Assembly: GCA_031414595.1 (NCBI GenBank)
Contig: JANNVX010000098.1
Span: forward strand, 128,001-192,000
DNA: 64,000 nt
Direction: 5' to 3'
Source: Deinococcales bacterium
Lineage (GTDB): Bacteria > Deinococcota > Deinococci > Deinococcales > JAAFIG01
Both the position numbers and the translations under genes were made by a program. Below the pieces are notes generated by a model. The model was given only the letters and a program-made list of their open reading frames with translations, ran no database searches and was not told the origin of the DNA. Position 1 is the first letter of the stretch. The number at the start of each line of letters is the position of its first letter. Shown in pieces: positions 9,289-19,414 of this stretch.

Positions 9289-9927
9289 TTATAGTTTCTC
9301 GAGCAGCCTGTACTTATAGGCTAAGTGAATCGCTTCCGAACGACTTTTTGCCCCGAGTTTGGAAAAAATATTATTGGCATGGAATTTAACGGTCGGCAGT
9401 GCCACTTTAATCTCGTCAGCAATATCTTGATTACTTTTGCCTAGTGCCATATGTTGTAGTACCTCGCGTTCTCGAGCCGTTAAGTCCTCGCCAATGCCAT
9501 CGTTTTGTACGGCCTGAATCAGGGCTTCGGTGGCTTCAGGAGCAAGTGTGCGCCGACGTAAGACTGCATTGCGAATTGCCTCAAGAATTTCAGCAGCCCC
9601 AGAGGTTTTAAGTAAATAACCAATCGCCCCTGCTTGCATCGCGTTCTGTACCAGATTAGGGTCATAAAAAGCAGTCAGCATGATAATTTGCACATCGCGG
9701 TTGGTACTGCGAATCGCGGCAGCCGCCGTTGCGCCGTCCATGCCTGGCATTTTTAAGTCCATCAGAATAACTTGTGGTTTTAAGGACTCAGTTTGTTCAA
9801 TCGCCTGTTTACCACTGCTGGCTTCGCCAACACATTCTATTCCCGAAGCGTTCTTAAGCATCGTGGTTAAACCCGCCCTGACCATTGGGTGGTCATCTAC
9901 AACCAGCACTCGAATTGGGGAGTTCAT
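9289..9927 (-). CDS. NarL/LuxR family response regulator
   Basis: VDDH, MDLKMPGMDG, GYLLK, LTARERE...TVKFH HTH. Confidence 0.95.
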   Translation of the reverse strand: MNSPIRVLVVDDHPMVRAGLTTMLKNASGIECVGEASSGKQAIEQTESLKPQVILMDLKMPGMDGATAAAAIRSTNRDVQIIMLTAFYDPNLVQNAMQAGAIGYLLKTSGAAEILEAIRNAVLRRRTLAPEATEALIQAVQNDGIGEDLTAREREVLQHMALGKSNQDIADEIKVALPTVKFHANNIFSKLGAKSRSEAIHLAYKYRLLEKL

Positions 9928-10201
9928 GCTCTAACCCCTAAAAATGGCAGGAGGTTCATCGCTGCCTCCCGTGTCTCCCACGAACAGCCATGAACCTGCC
10001 ACTCCCATGCGCGGTTGCTTGTTTCAACCGTGACAACAGAATACAAATTAGTACCCGAACCTGAAATCATCATAGGATTAGCATACAATTAAAACCAATG
10101 GCTAGGTAAAGCCTAACTAAAGTAATGGTTAATAAGTTGTTTAAGAGCTTGGCGCTTGCTTAGATTTGAAAACTCTGGATACTCGAGAATAAAGTCCTGC
10201 A

Positions 10202-11179
10202 TTACTCGAGCAGCATGTCTTGCGGAATGCTGTAGCCCATGTGGTCATAAGCAAGTGGGGTTAGTACCCGCCCCCTCGAAGTGCGCTTCATAAAACCAAG
10301 TTGAATCAGATACGGCTCGTATAAATCTTCGATTGTTAGCGCATCCTCGGAAATTGCCGTGGCAAGTGTGTCTAAACCAACCGGACCACCCGCGAACTTT
10401 AGAATCATCGTCTCGAGTAATTTTTTATCGCGGTCGGTTAAACCGACCGTATCTAAACCAAGTTTGTCTAAGGCATTTTGGGTTCTGGAAGCACTGATAT
10501 GGTACTCGCCCTCGACTTGGGCATAGTCGCGCACACGGTTCAGTAAGTTCTTGGCAATTCGCATTGTGCCTCGAGACCGCGCCCCAAGTTCAAGGGCGGC
10601 ATCTGGCGCAAGTTCTAAGCCCTGCAAAATTGCTTCTTTCTCGAGGCTCTGAGCCAATTCTTCGGGAGTGTAATACTCGAGGTGTTCGATAATCCCAAAA
10701 CGGCTTCGCATCGGTTGGGTGATTAAACCCGGGCGGGTGGTCGCGCCAATTAAGGTAAAACGCGGAATTGGCAATTGAATACTGCGTGCCGCCGGACCTT
10801 GCCCAATCACAATGTCCAATCTAAAATCTTCCATCGCAGGGTACAAGTGTTCTTCGGCAACCCGCCCTAAACGGTGAATCTCATCTATGAAAAGCACATC
10901 GCCTTCCTCGAGCGAATTGGTCAGAATTGCCGCCAAATCACCGGGTTTTTCTATTGCCGGACCCGAAGTCGGACGAATCCCAACCCCCATTTCGTAGGCA
11001 ATAATGTGTGCCAAGGTGGTCTTACCCAGTCCGGGCGGACCAAACACCAACACATGGTCAAGTGCTTGATTGCGCCCTTTAGCGGCTTGGATATAGACCC
11101 CAAGTTTTTGTTTAAGTTTATCCTGACCAACATAATCTTTAAGGGTCTTCGGACGATTTGCACCAGCAGCTTGAGTCAT
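10202..11179 (-). CDS. ruvB: Holliday junction branch migration helicase RuvB
   Basis: [38 protein letters not shown]...RT.RGR. Confidence 0.98.
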   Translation of the reverse strand: MTQAAGANRPKTLKDYVGQDKLKQKLGVYIQAAKGRNQALDHVLVFGPPGLGKTTLAHIIAYEMGVGIRPTSGPAIEKPGDLAAILTNSLEEGDVLFIDEIHRLGRVAEEHLYPAMEDFRLDIVIGQGPAARSIQLPIPRFTLIGATTRPGLITQPMRSRFGIIEHLEYYTPEELAQSLEKEAILQGLELAPDAALELGARSRGTMRIAKNLLNRVRDYAQVEGEYHISASRTQNALDKLGLDTVGLTDRDKKLLETMILKFAGGPVGLDTLATAISEDALTIEDLYEPYLIQLGFMKRTSRGRVLTPLAYDHMGYSIPQDMLLE

Positions 11180-11256
11180 GGGATTCCTAGGAGAGAGGCG
11201 AAAGGCAAAAGGCAAAAGGTTTTAAGTTCGCCCTGTTAAGCGATGATTCTATTCTA

Positions 11257-11273
11257 TTCGGTTTTGGGCGTAA
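11257..11273. promoter_or_regulatory. RDRM-like (DdrO-type) operator upstream of ruvB
   Basis: TTCGGTTTTGGGCGTAA, abutting minus-strand -10 TAGAAT (11251-11256). Confidence 0.5.
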
Positions 11274-11309
11274 TTTCCAGCACCAAATTGGGCGTAATTT
11301 CTCGGCACT

Positions 11310-11341
11310 AAAAAAGCCGAAAGGGTTGAACCTTTTCGGCT
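11310..11341 (-). terminator. Intrinsic terminator of rpmF
   Basis: AGCCGAAAAGG-TTCAA-CCCTTTCGGCT followed by T-run on minus strand. Confidence 0.85.
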
Positions 11342-11358
11342 ATACGGGACGAATTACT

Positions 11359-11550
11359 TTAGGCTGCGGCTATCGCTAAAACCTGACGACCATCGTAGTA
11401 ACCGCATTCAGCACAAACTACGTGCTGTGGTTTCTTAGAGCCACAATTCTTGCAAGTGGTCAAATTAGGGGCAACCAAGGCATGGTGCGAACGACGCATA
11501 TCGCGCTTGGACTTGCTGGTCTTCTTTTTTGGAACGGGGTGCTTTGCCAT
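11359..11550 (-). CDS. rpmF: 50S ribosomal protein L32 (Zn-ribbon form)
   Basis: [22 protein letters not shown]...CKNCG...CAECG; GGAGG RBS. Confidence 0.98.
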   Translation of the reverse strand: MAKHPVPKKKTSKSKRDMRRSHHALVAPNLTTCKNCGSKKPQHVVCAECGYYDGRQVLAIAAA

Positions 11551-11721
11551 TTTTATTTCCTCCGAGCGTGTGGGATAAGCCCAGTCAGCCACTTTTTTTA
11601 CTGTTGTTAGCGTGAGTAGCCTCACGGCAGCCCAAGGAGTATAGCAAAAGCTAAGCAGATTGCAAGGGGGCAAAAGGATAGCACGAGGTGTCTCTCTCAT
11701 TTTTCACGGTAGACTGCAAGC

Positions 11722-12750
11722 GTGTTAAAGGGTTTTTTTGATGCGGTTTTTAACTTAACCGACCCTCGTCCAAATTATATTGGAGAGCGTTGTTTGCTCG
11801 AGAAGAACGCCGTCGGTGGCTGCGATAAGTGTATGCAGGCATGTCCGCACGAAGCAATTTCTTTGGGTTTTAAGCCAGAAATCTCGGAAAGCTGCACTGG
11901 TTGTGGTTTGTGTGTCCAAGTTTGCCCAAGCGCTGCCCTCGAGTACGATATTCTTAAACCTTTGGGGCAATTAAAAGCCCAAGGCACAACCCATGCCAGA
12001 GCTACCGAGTCCGAGCGCCTACCAAGCAGCCTAAAGTGCAGCAAAGTAGCGGGCGATTCTGCGACCATCGAATGCCTTGGGCGGGTCACACCAGCCATGA
12101 TTCTGGCTTCGAGTGCATGGGGGCAAGAACTAACCTTGCTACGCTCAGACTGTGCCACTTGCAAACTGGGTGGGGAGACCGTACCAGAATCTTTAGAAAA
12201 TGTGATTGCCATAGCCCGTGAGTACAAAAAGCACCTCGAGCAACCCGAAATTGCAGTGCAGGTGATAGTTGGCACTGCCGAATCTAGCCCTCGAGCCGAT
12301 GTTGCCGCTTCGGTCTCGAGACGCGGCGCATTGCAAGCCTTGGGACGCAACACTCGAGACAGCACCGCACGGCTAATTCCCGAGAAACTGATTCCGGGCG
12401 TGGATACCAAGATAGATGCACCGCGTATCCCCGAAGAATGGGCTTGGCGCAAAAAAGCCTTGCGTCCGATTCCCGAACCCGAAGCGCTGCAATACTGGGT
12501 GATTCCAAGTATCAATGAGGATTGTATTTTTTGTCCAGTCTGCCAGAATGTCTGCCCCACCGAAGCGATTATCAGAAACCGTGAAATAGACGGCACATGG
12601 AAAATCACCCTCGAGACTGCCGCTTGTACGGGCTGTAATGCCTGTGTTCTAAGCTGCCCACCAAGTGCCATGAAACTCGAGCCAGAGATACTGTTCTCGC
12701 AACTCGAGCAGGTTTTGTTATTGCGCGAAGGCGATGGGTATACTTCTTGA
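11722..12750 (+). CDS. Multi-4Fe-4S ferredoxin-type protein
   Basis: Several CxxCxxCxxxCP motifs at both termini; TAGACT 6 nt before GTG. Confidence 0.88.
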   Translation: MLKGFFDAVFNLTDPRPNYIGERCLLEKNAVGGCDKCMQACPHEAISLGFKPEISESCTGCGLCVQVCPSAALEYDILKPLGQLKAQGTTHARATESERLPSSLKCSKVAGDSATIECLGRVTPAMILASSAWGQELTLLRSDCATCKLGGETVPESLENVIAIAREYKKHLEQPEIAVQVIVGTAESSPRADVAASVSRRGALQALGRNTRDSTARLIPEKLIPGVDTKIDAPRIPEEWAWRKKALRPIPEPEALQYWVIPSINEDCIFCPVCQNVCPTEAIIRNREIDGTWKITLETAACTGCNACVLSCPPSAMKLEPEILFSQLEQVLLLREGDGYTS

Positions 12751-12857
12751 CTTCTTGACCCGCCCTTGTGCTAATTGACTGTATATGCTACCCTTCTTCG
12801 GCTGCCTCGAGATGGGGCTTGAAAGTGCCTCGAGATGGGGCTTAAGGGGTTTTAATC

Positions 12858-13142
12858 ATGTTTGCAATTGTTAAATCTGGTGGTAAACAACACCGCGTTG
12901 AAGCTGGTAGTGTTATCCGAGTCGAAAAACTGAACGCCGAAGCTGGCGCAAGTGTTGAGTTGCCTGTGCTGATGTTGGGTGGCGACAGCGTTACTTTTAA
13001 TACCGGTAATGTCAAGGCAGAAGTTCTGCGTCACGTCAAGGGCGAGAAAATCTTTATTGACAAGTACAAAAGCGGTATTCAGTACCGTCGTCGTAATGGT
13101 CATCGTCAAGCCTACACCGATGTCAAAATCACCAGCTTATAA
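12858..13142 (+). CDS. rplU: 50S ribosomal protein L21
   Basis: [14 protein letters not shown]...GHRQAYT. Confidence 0.98.
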   Translation: MFAIVKSGGKQHRVEAGSVIRVEKLNAEAGASVELPVLMLGGDSVTFNTGNVKAEVLRHVKGEKIFIDKYKSGIQYRRRNGHRQAYTDVKITSL

Positions 13143-13170
13143 AGCTGATTGCTCGAGGAGTTGAAAAAAT

Positions 13171-13443
13171 ATGGCACATAAAAAGGGCGTGGGTAGTACC
13201 CGCAACGGACGCGACAGCAATCCAAAGTACCTTGGTGTAAAACGCTTTGGTGGCGAACTGGTCAAGGCTGGGAATATCTTGGTTCGTCAACGTGGCACAA
13301 AGTTCAATGCTGGCAAGAATGTTGGCATGGGACGCGACCACACGTTGTTTGCGCTCGAGACCGGCTTAGTCAAATTCCAAGACAAAGGCGCTTTTGGGCG
13401 TTTTATTCACATCGAACAACTGGCTGCTGCGGCAGACGATTAA
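13171..13443 (+). CDS. rpmA: 50S ribosomal protein L27
   Basis: [24 protein letters not shown]. Confidence 0.99.
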   Translation: MAHKKGVGSTRNGRDSNPKYLGVKRFGGELVKAGNILVRQRGTKFNAGKNVGMGRDHTLFALETGLVKFQDKGAFGRFIHIEQLAAAADD

Positions 13444-13471
13444 GTAGCGACTGGCTGTTAGCAACTAGCTC

Positions 13472-13512
13472 AACCCTCACACCTGAGCGCGACTCGAGTG
13501 TGAGGGTTTTTT
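13472..13512 (+). terminator. Intrinsic terminator after rpmA
   Basis: AACCCTCACAC...GTGTGAGGGTT plus T-run. Confidence 0.8.
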
Positions 13513-13570
13513 ATGGTGTAGGCTGTTTAAGCTAGAGACTAAAAGCTAGAAGCTAAAAATGAGGAGCTTT

Positions 13571-14881
13571 ATGACCAAGTTTCGTGATGTTCTCGAGGTC
13601 GAAATAACGGCGGGTAAAGGCGGCGACGGCAGCATGTCGTTTCTGCGTGGTTCGCATCAACCCAAAGGTGGTCCTGATGGCGGACATGGCGGTAAGGGCG
13701 GCAGTGTTTTCCTGCGCTCTATTCAAGGGGTCGAAAGCCTAACCAACATCGTTGGTAAGCGCAAATTCAAAGCCGAGAATGGTGGTTACGGGGCTGGGCG
13801 TTTAATGCACGGGGCAGATGGTGCAGATTTTACGGTGGATGTTCCTGTCGGTACAGTCTGCATAGATTTAGCGACCAATAAAATCATTGCCGATTTACTC
13901 GAGGTTGGGCAAGTTCAATTGGTAGCCAAAGGCGGCTTAGGCGGTCGTGGGAATTCGGCATTCTCGAGCAGTACCCGCCGCAGTCCACGTTTTGCCGAGC
14001 TTGGCACGATGGGCGACGACCTAAAAGTTAGGCTCGAGTTGCGTTTAATTGCCGATATTGGTTTGGTCGGTTATCCAAACGCGGGTAAATCGAGTTTACT
14101 CCGAGCCATGTCCAATGCTAATCCCGAAGTGGCAGCCTATCCGTTTACGACCCTCAATCCGATTCTTGGAATCATCGAACGTGGTGATGACGAGTTAAAC
14201 CGTCTGACCCTCGCCGATATTCCGGGGATTATCGAAGGGGCGCATGAAGGTAAAGGCTTAGGTCTAGAGTTTTTGCGGCATATTTCGAGAACGCGCCTTC
14301 TGGCTTTTGTGCTTGACGGCAACGAAGCGCCGCGTGAGCATCTCGAGGCGTTGCGATTTGAATTGCAAAGTTATGACCCGACACTGCTCGAGTTACCCGC
14401 GATTATTATTGTTAATAAGCTCGATTTAATAGACGAAGAAATCAGAACCATGATTGAAGCCGAACTCTTTGATTTTGGTTTGCCTGTGCTTTGTGTCAGT
14501 GCCTTAGAGGGTATTGGTTTAGATACCCTGCGTGAAACCTTATTTCAAGTGTTGCCCGCTAAGATGCAGCGAGCCAGCCTTGTGGTGCGCGACACGATTT
14601 CTGGACCTGAACCAGTACGTGTAACAGCCGACACCGATTTTTATGCCGATGGGACACGCCTGTGGAATGTGACGGGTGGAACGTTTGGCGCTCGGATTGA
14701 ACGTTTCTCGAGACATTTAGAAGATGCTGCCGATTACTTAGAAAAACTCTTTAAGCGCGAAGGGCTAAACGCCCAGTTGCGCCGCGCAGGGGTTAAACCG
14801 GGCGATACGGTTAAAATTGGTGAATTTGCCTTTGAGTTTTTTGAAGATGAATTCTCGGATAGCGAACACAAACAAGTTTAA
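13571..14881 (+). CDS. obgE: GTPase ObgE/CgtA
   Basis: Gly-rich Obg fold, [25 protein letters not shown]-terminal OCT domain; GAGGAG RBS. Confidence 0.97.
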   Translation: MTKFRDVLEVEITAGKGGDGSMSFLRGSHQPKGGPDGGHGGKGGSVFLRSIQGVESLTNIVGKRKFKAENGGYGAGRLMHGADGADFTVDVPVGTVCIDLATNKIIADLLEVGQVQLVAKGGLGGRGNSAFSSSTRRSPRFAELGTMGDDLKVRLELRLIADIGLVGYPNAGKSSLLRAMSNANPEVAAYPFTTLNPILGIIERGDDELNRLTLADIPGIIEGAHEGKGLGLEFLRHISRTRLLAFVLDGNEAPREHLEALRFELQSYDPTLLELPAIIIVNKLDLIDEEIRTMIEAELFDFGLPVLCVSALEGIGLDTLRETLFQVLPAKMQRASLVVRDTISGPEPVRVTADTDFYADGTRLWNVTGGTFGARIERFSRHLEDAADYLEKLFKREGLNAQLRRAGVKPGDTVKIGEFAFEFFEDEFSDSEHKQV

Positions 14882-14942
14882 GTATCTACCGCCAGTCTTG
14901 ACCAGACTTTTCCATGACCAAATCGGCGTAATTTTACGACAA

Positions 14943-15938
14943 ATGCTAAATTATGAATTGGTGATCAATGGTCTTGACCACGCTTGGCAAAAAGAATTTG
15001 GTTGTCACTGTGCGCGTTGTCAAGATAATGGGCGCACTGCCAATACCTCGGTTTCGATTTTGGGATGGCAACAACAGCAACTCGAGCAGCACATTTTGGT
15101 AGATGCGGGTGGTGGGGTCTGCGAGAGTTTAATTGCTAATCCAGATTTAGTGAAGCAACCGCGTTTAGATGCAGTGCTTCTGACCCACTGGCATCCAGAC
15201 CATGTAGCAGATTTGAACCGAATTTTGGTTGGTTTTGGGCGCTCGAGTTGGCGTGAACGGCAAATGGCAAACCGCCCGTATTTGTGGATGCGTGAAGGCA
15301 GCCACATGTGGTTAGAGCGGCAACAACCCAATGTCTTACGGCAAGTTAGCCTGATTTCTTCGCTTGAATACTTTCCACCCGGTCAACTGCTCGAGCCAAT
15401 AAGGATTTTAGGGCTGGATTTATTGGTCACACCCGTAACCATTGCCCACTCGAGCGCCGATTTATTTCCACCTTTTGGTGAGGAGCGCCTTGCCACCTGT
15501 GCTGGTTTTATTGTTCAGACAAATGACTTTAGAACTGCGCTGCTCTGGGATTTGGATGCCACCAATCTATGGTTGGAAAATCCTAACAGCACCCAACAAG
15601 CGGCATTTGATGCGATAGCGGGTTGTGATTTATTGCTGATTGATTGTAATACTTGGGCATACCATCAACATGCCAATGGCGAACCGACCAGTCATGTTTC
15701 GTTTTCTTTGGTACAGCGTTTTGCTAAAGCCTTAAAACCCAAGCGCACAGTCTTAATGCACATCAGTGGTCATGAGGATGCGATTGGTGATGGTTTTGGT
15801 TGGACAAACGAGATTTGGCAATTCGAGGCGACTAAGGCGTGGCAAACCGCAGGTCTAACGGGTGAAGTGATTGTGCCGCAGATTGGTCAGCGTTTTGCGC
15901 TCCAAGGTTCGGATGTCGCACTCGAGATGGTGCATTAA
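14943..15938 (+). CDS. MBL-fold metallo-hydrolase, PhnP-like
   Basis: GCHCARC, LVDAG, THWHPDH, MHISGH motifs. Confidence 0.8.
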   Translation: MLNYELVINGLDHAWQKEFGCHCARCQDNGRTANTSVSILGWQQQQLEQHILVDAGGGVCESLIANPDLVKQPRLDAVLLTHWHPDHVADLNRILVGFGRSSWRERQMANRPYLWMREGSHMWLERQQPNVLRQVSLISSLEYFPPGQLLEPIRILGLDLLVTPVTIAHSSADLFPPFGEERLATCAGFIVQTNDFRTALLWDLDATNLWLENPNSTQQAAFDAIAGCDLLLIDCNTWAYHQHANGEPTSHVSFSLVQRFAKALKPKRTVLMHISGHEDAIGDGFGWTNEIWQFEATKAWQTAGLTGEVIVPQIGQRFALQGSDVALEMVH

Positions 15939-15997
15939 GTTTTGTCAGGGTTTTGTGATTGACAAACCCTTGATACTCGGTTCGTAGATTGCCCCTT

Positions 15998-16918
15998 ATG
16001 GAAAGCACCTTAGCCAGTTCAGTCAAGCAAAAACGTGGGCATTGGAAACCACGTCCAGATTGGCTCGAGATGCTGGTTTTGCTTGTTCCTGCGGTGCTGC
16101 TTTTAACAGCCTTTGTCATTTTACCAACCATCGAAGCCTTTGTGATGTCGTTTCAACGCGAAGGTCTATTAGGGCGCAACCGTGTTTTTGCTGGGTTTGA
16201 GAATTATCTCGAGGTCTTCTCGCGCCCCGAGAATCTACAAAGTGCTTGGCAGAGTATCTACTTTGCCCTGATTGTCGCGCCGCTCGAGATTGTGCTGGCG
16301 TTTGCAGCCGCCCTGTTAATCTCACGTCCATTTGTTGGTGTGGCAATCTACCGCACATTATTTTTTCTGACCACAGCCGTTCCCACTGGCGTTGCCGCGA
16401 TTGCTTGGAGTTGGTTCTTGAATCCGCAAACGGGTTGGGCAAATTGGATTCTCGTTTCGCTTGGTTTAGAGCCTAAGCAGTGGTTACTTGATACCAGTAC
16501 GGCGCTTCCGACCCTAGCAGTGATTACGGCATGGGCTGGGGTTGGTTTTGCGGCAATTTTACTGACCGCAGGTTTGCAACAAATCCCCGAAGATTTATAC
16601 GAAGCCTCACGGATTGATGGTGCAAATGGTATTCAGCAATTTTGGAATATTACCATTCCACTGATTTCACCTACGCTTTTTTTGGTCACACTGCTGGTTT
16701 TTTTGCGTTCCCTGACTACTTTTGGTCAGATTCATTTGCTGACCCAAGGTGGTCCAGCCGACTCAACGATGGTCTTTATTTACCGCATTTACCAAGATGC
16801 CTTTTTTAATTTTAGGCAGACGTATGCCGCCGCCCAAAGTGTAATTTTATTTTTGGTGTTACTGATTCTGGCATTGCTGCAATTTAGGTTTATTGGGCGC
16901 AAGGTACATTATGAATAA
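15998..16918 (+). CDS. Carbohydrate/glycerol-3-phosphate ABC permease (UgpA-like)
   Basis: TM helices, EAA loop LYEASRIDGA, TQGGP. Confidence 0.88.
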   Translation: MESTLASSVKQKRGHWKPRPDWLEMLVLLVPAVLLLTAFVILPTIEAFVMSFQREGLLGRNRVFAGFENYLEVFSRPENLQSAWQSIYFALIVAPLEIVLAFAAALLISRPFVGVAIYRTLFFLTTAVPTGVAAIAWSWFLNPQTGWANWILVSLGLEPKQWLLDTSTALPTLAVITAWAGVGFAAILLTAGLQQIPEDLYEASRIDGANGIQQFWNITIPLISPTLFLVTLLVFLRSLTTFGQIHLLTQGGPADSTMVFIYRIYQDAFFNFRQTYAAAQSVILFLVLLILALLQFRFIGRKVHYE

Positions 16919-17726
16919 AACCCTTTCTCGAGTTTTGTTTTACGTGGGCATCAGCTTTTATGCGGCGCTCTTGGTCTTACCGCTTTTAACCATGCTTTCG
17001 GTCAGTTTTCGTTCAGACGGGGACGTTTACAACCCCAGTTTTTTCCCACCCAACCCAACTTTAGAGCCGTACCAGATTGCCCTCGAGAAATTCCCTGTGC
17101 TGCGTTTTTTAGGCAATAGTTTTTTGGTCTCGAGCCTTGTGACCCTTGGGGTGATGCTGATTTCAAGTTGTACAGGCTACGCACTGGCACGGATTTCTTC
17201 GCCAGTCAGTAATTTTATTTTTGCAGTGGTGATTGGTTTACTGCTCGTGCCGGGCGAAGTCACCTTTTTACCGCTCTACATCATGATTAACCGCCTTGGT
17301 TGGATAGATTCTTACCTTGCTCTGACTTTGCCATTTATTGCCAGTCCGATTGGAATTTTTTTGATGCGCCAATTTTTTAAGAGCCTACCCCAAGAACTTT
17401 TTGATGCCGCTCGGATGGATGGGGCTGGACACCTAAGGATGCTCTGGCACATTGCCATGCCGTTAGCAACTCCCGCCCTTGGCGCACTGGCTGCTTTAAC
17501 CTTTCTTGGCACTTGGAACATGTACTTATACCCACTTGTGGTCACAAATTCCGAGGAATTACGCACGGCTCAGATTGCCTTACGTTTTATTAGCGCCGAC
17601 GAAGCAGTGCGCTATAACATTGTGGCTGCCGCCGCCGTGATTATTTTACTACCCACGTTAATCGCTTTCTTATTTGCTCAACGCGCCTTTGTTCGCGGTA
17701 TTGCGATGGGCAGCTTAAAAGGGTGA
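16911..17726 (+). CDS. ABC permease (UgpE-like)
   Basis: IFLMRQFF..LP.EL.DAARMDGA. Confidence 0.88.
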   Translation: MNKTLSRVLFYVGISFYAALLVLPLLTMLSVSFRSDGDVYNPSFFPPNPTLEPYQIALEKFPVLRFLGNSFLVSSLVTLGVMLISSCTGYALARISSPVSNFIFAVVIGLLLVPGEVTFLPLYIMINRLGWIDSYLALTLPFIASPIGIFLMRQFFKSLPQELFDAARMDGAGHLRMLWHIAMPLATPALGALAALTFLGTWNMYLYPLVVTNSEELRTAQIALRFISADEAVRYNIVAAAAVIILLPTLIAFLFAQRAFVRGIAMGSLKG

Positions 17727-17830
17727 GTGGCTGCTGGTCTTAGCTTTACTTCTCGAGAATAAATTTTTTTACTTGAACAACCAACAACAATTAACTTATT
17801 TCGACCATGAATGGTTTCACGGAGGAACGT

Positions 17831-19144
17831 ATGAAAAAACGGTTTTTGGCTCTTGGTTTGGCAGTGTTAAGCGCAGCAACACTGACTCTGGCACAAGGTG
17901 GACGCACCACCGTCACCTTCTGGTACGCACTTGGCGGCAGCATCGGCGAACAAATCGAACTCTTGGTCAAAAACTACAACAGTAGCCAAGACAAAGTAAC
18001 CATCAAAGCCGAATTTAGCGGTAATTACGACGATACCCTCAACAAAATGCGTGCCGCCCTACAAGCTGGTAAGGGCTACCCCAACGTGGTACAGGTCTAC
18101 GACATTGGCACACGCTTTATGGTGGATTCTGGGGCAGTTGTGGCACTCGAGGACATGGCAAAAAAAGAAAACTTTGACATCTCTAAACTGGTTTCACAAC
18201 CACGCAATTACTACACCGTAGACGGCAAAATGTACAGCTTGCCGTTTAACTCGAGTAACCCACTTCTTTACTTTAATGCCAGCGTCCTCAACAGCAGCAA
18301 TATCGAACAACGCCCGTTTTATAACCTCGCGCAACTCGAGGACACGATTAAGCGCTTAACAGTTAAAGACGCAAGCGGTAAAACCAGCCGTTACGGCATT
18401 ACTTGGCATGCCGATTCTTGGTTTGTTGAACAATTTGGCTACAACAGTGGTCAAGCCTACTGTAACAACGAAAACGGACGCAAAGCCCGCGCCACCGAAA
18501 CCACCTTCAACAACCCAGCCGCCGTTGCCTTCTTAGAGATGATGGGACGTTTGGTGTCTGGTGGATTTGCTGCCCCAGTCGGACGTGACGGCACTGCCAG
18601 CTTAAACACTTTTGTCAACGGACAAGCCGCTATTTACGTTTCCTCTACCGCCAATTTGTTTGGTGCAACCCGGGCTGTTGGTGGAAAATTCCCAATCCGT
18701 ACATCTTTTTACCCGTTCCTCAAAGAACGCAATGGTGTCGCTATTGGCGGCGCAAGCCTCTGGATGCTCAAGGGTTTTACTGAGACCGAACAAGACGGCG
18801 CATTTAGCTTCATCAAATGGATGCTTGAGCCAACCACCCAAGGACGCTGGCACTTAAACACGGGTTACTTTCCAGTCATTCAAGGTGTGACCAAACGCCC
18901 AGAAGTACAAACTGGTCATACCAAAAATCCAAATTTTATCACCGCTATTCGTCAACTCGAGACCAGCAAAGTCAACACCACCAGCGCTGGTTGCTTGATG
19001 GGACAATTCACCGAGATTCGTACCTATGTGGTCAGTGCATGGGAAGAAGTCCTCAAAGGCAAACCCGCTAAACAAGCCTTGGATGAAGCGAAAGTTAAAT
19101 CCGATGCTGCACTGCAACGCTACAACGCGACTGTGGCTCGTTAA
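17831..19144 (+). CDS. ABC substrate-binding protein (UgpB-like)
   Basis: Signal peptide, PNVVQVYDIGT, LPFNSSNP.LYFN, IGGASLW, W...TGYFP; GGAGG RBS. Confidence 0.88.
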   Translation: MKKRFLALGLAVLSAATLTLAQGGRTTVTFWYALGGSIGEQIELLVKNYNSSQDKVTIKAEFSGNYDDTLNKMRAALQAGKGYPNVVQVYDIGTRFMVDSGAVVALEDMAKKENFDISKLVSQPRNYYTVDGKMYSLPFNSSNPLLYFNASVLNSSNIEQRPFYNLAQLEDTIKRLTVKDASGKTSRYGITWHADSWFVEQFGYNSGQAYCNNENGRKARATETTFNNPAAVAFLEMMGRLVSGGFAAPVGRDGTASLNTFVNGQAAIYVSSTANLFGATRAVGGKFPIRTSFYPFLKERNGVAIGGASLWMLKGFTETEQDGAFSFIKWMLEPTTQGRWHLNTGYFPVIQGVTKRPEVQTGHTKNPNFITAIRQLETSKVNTTSAGCLMGQFTEIRTYVVSAWEEVLKGKPAKQALDEAKVKSDAALQRYNATVAR

Positions 19145-19198
19145 GACACCATCATTCTTGGGTGGCTGATACCCCATCTCGAGATTGCAAAAATAATC

Positions 19199-19230
19199 AC
19201 CCCGCTCTGACTCGAGCGGGGTTCTTTATT
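19199..19230 (+). terminator. Intrinsic terminator after substrate-binding protein gene
   Basis: ACCCCGCTC-TGACTC-GAGCGGGGT followed by TCTTTATT. Confidence 0.7.
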
Positions 19231-19356
19231 GGGTCATTCAATTGCCAAAGCCACTTGGATATTCTCGAGAAGGCTGCACTGCCTGACAATTTACATGCAC
19301 CTTGTTTGCTTTATTTTGAGCATTTTTATTAACGGCTCAAGTGGTTCAAGACCAGC

Positions 19357-19382
19357 AAAAACCCCTCGAGTGTCTCGAGGGG
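19357..19382 (-). terminator. Intrinsic terminator of phytase-like gene
   Basis: CCCCTCGAG-N3-CTCGAGGGG plus T-run on minus strand. Confidence 0.75.
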
Positions 19383-19414
19383 CGTAGGAGGGAGGAAGTA
19401 CCCGAGTGGTTAAA

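Noticed and set aside
11775-12671. 298-aa antisense ORF
   Set aside because: Shadow of the ferredoxin-type gene with no motifs; the same applies to most short overlapping ORFs in the track
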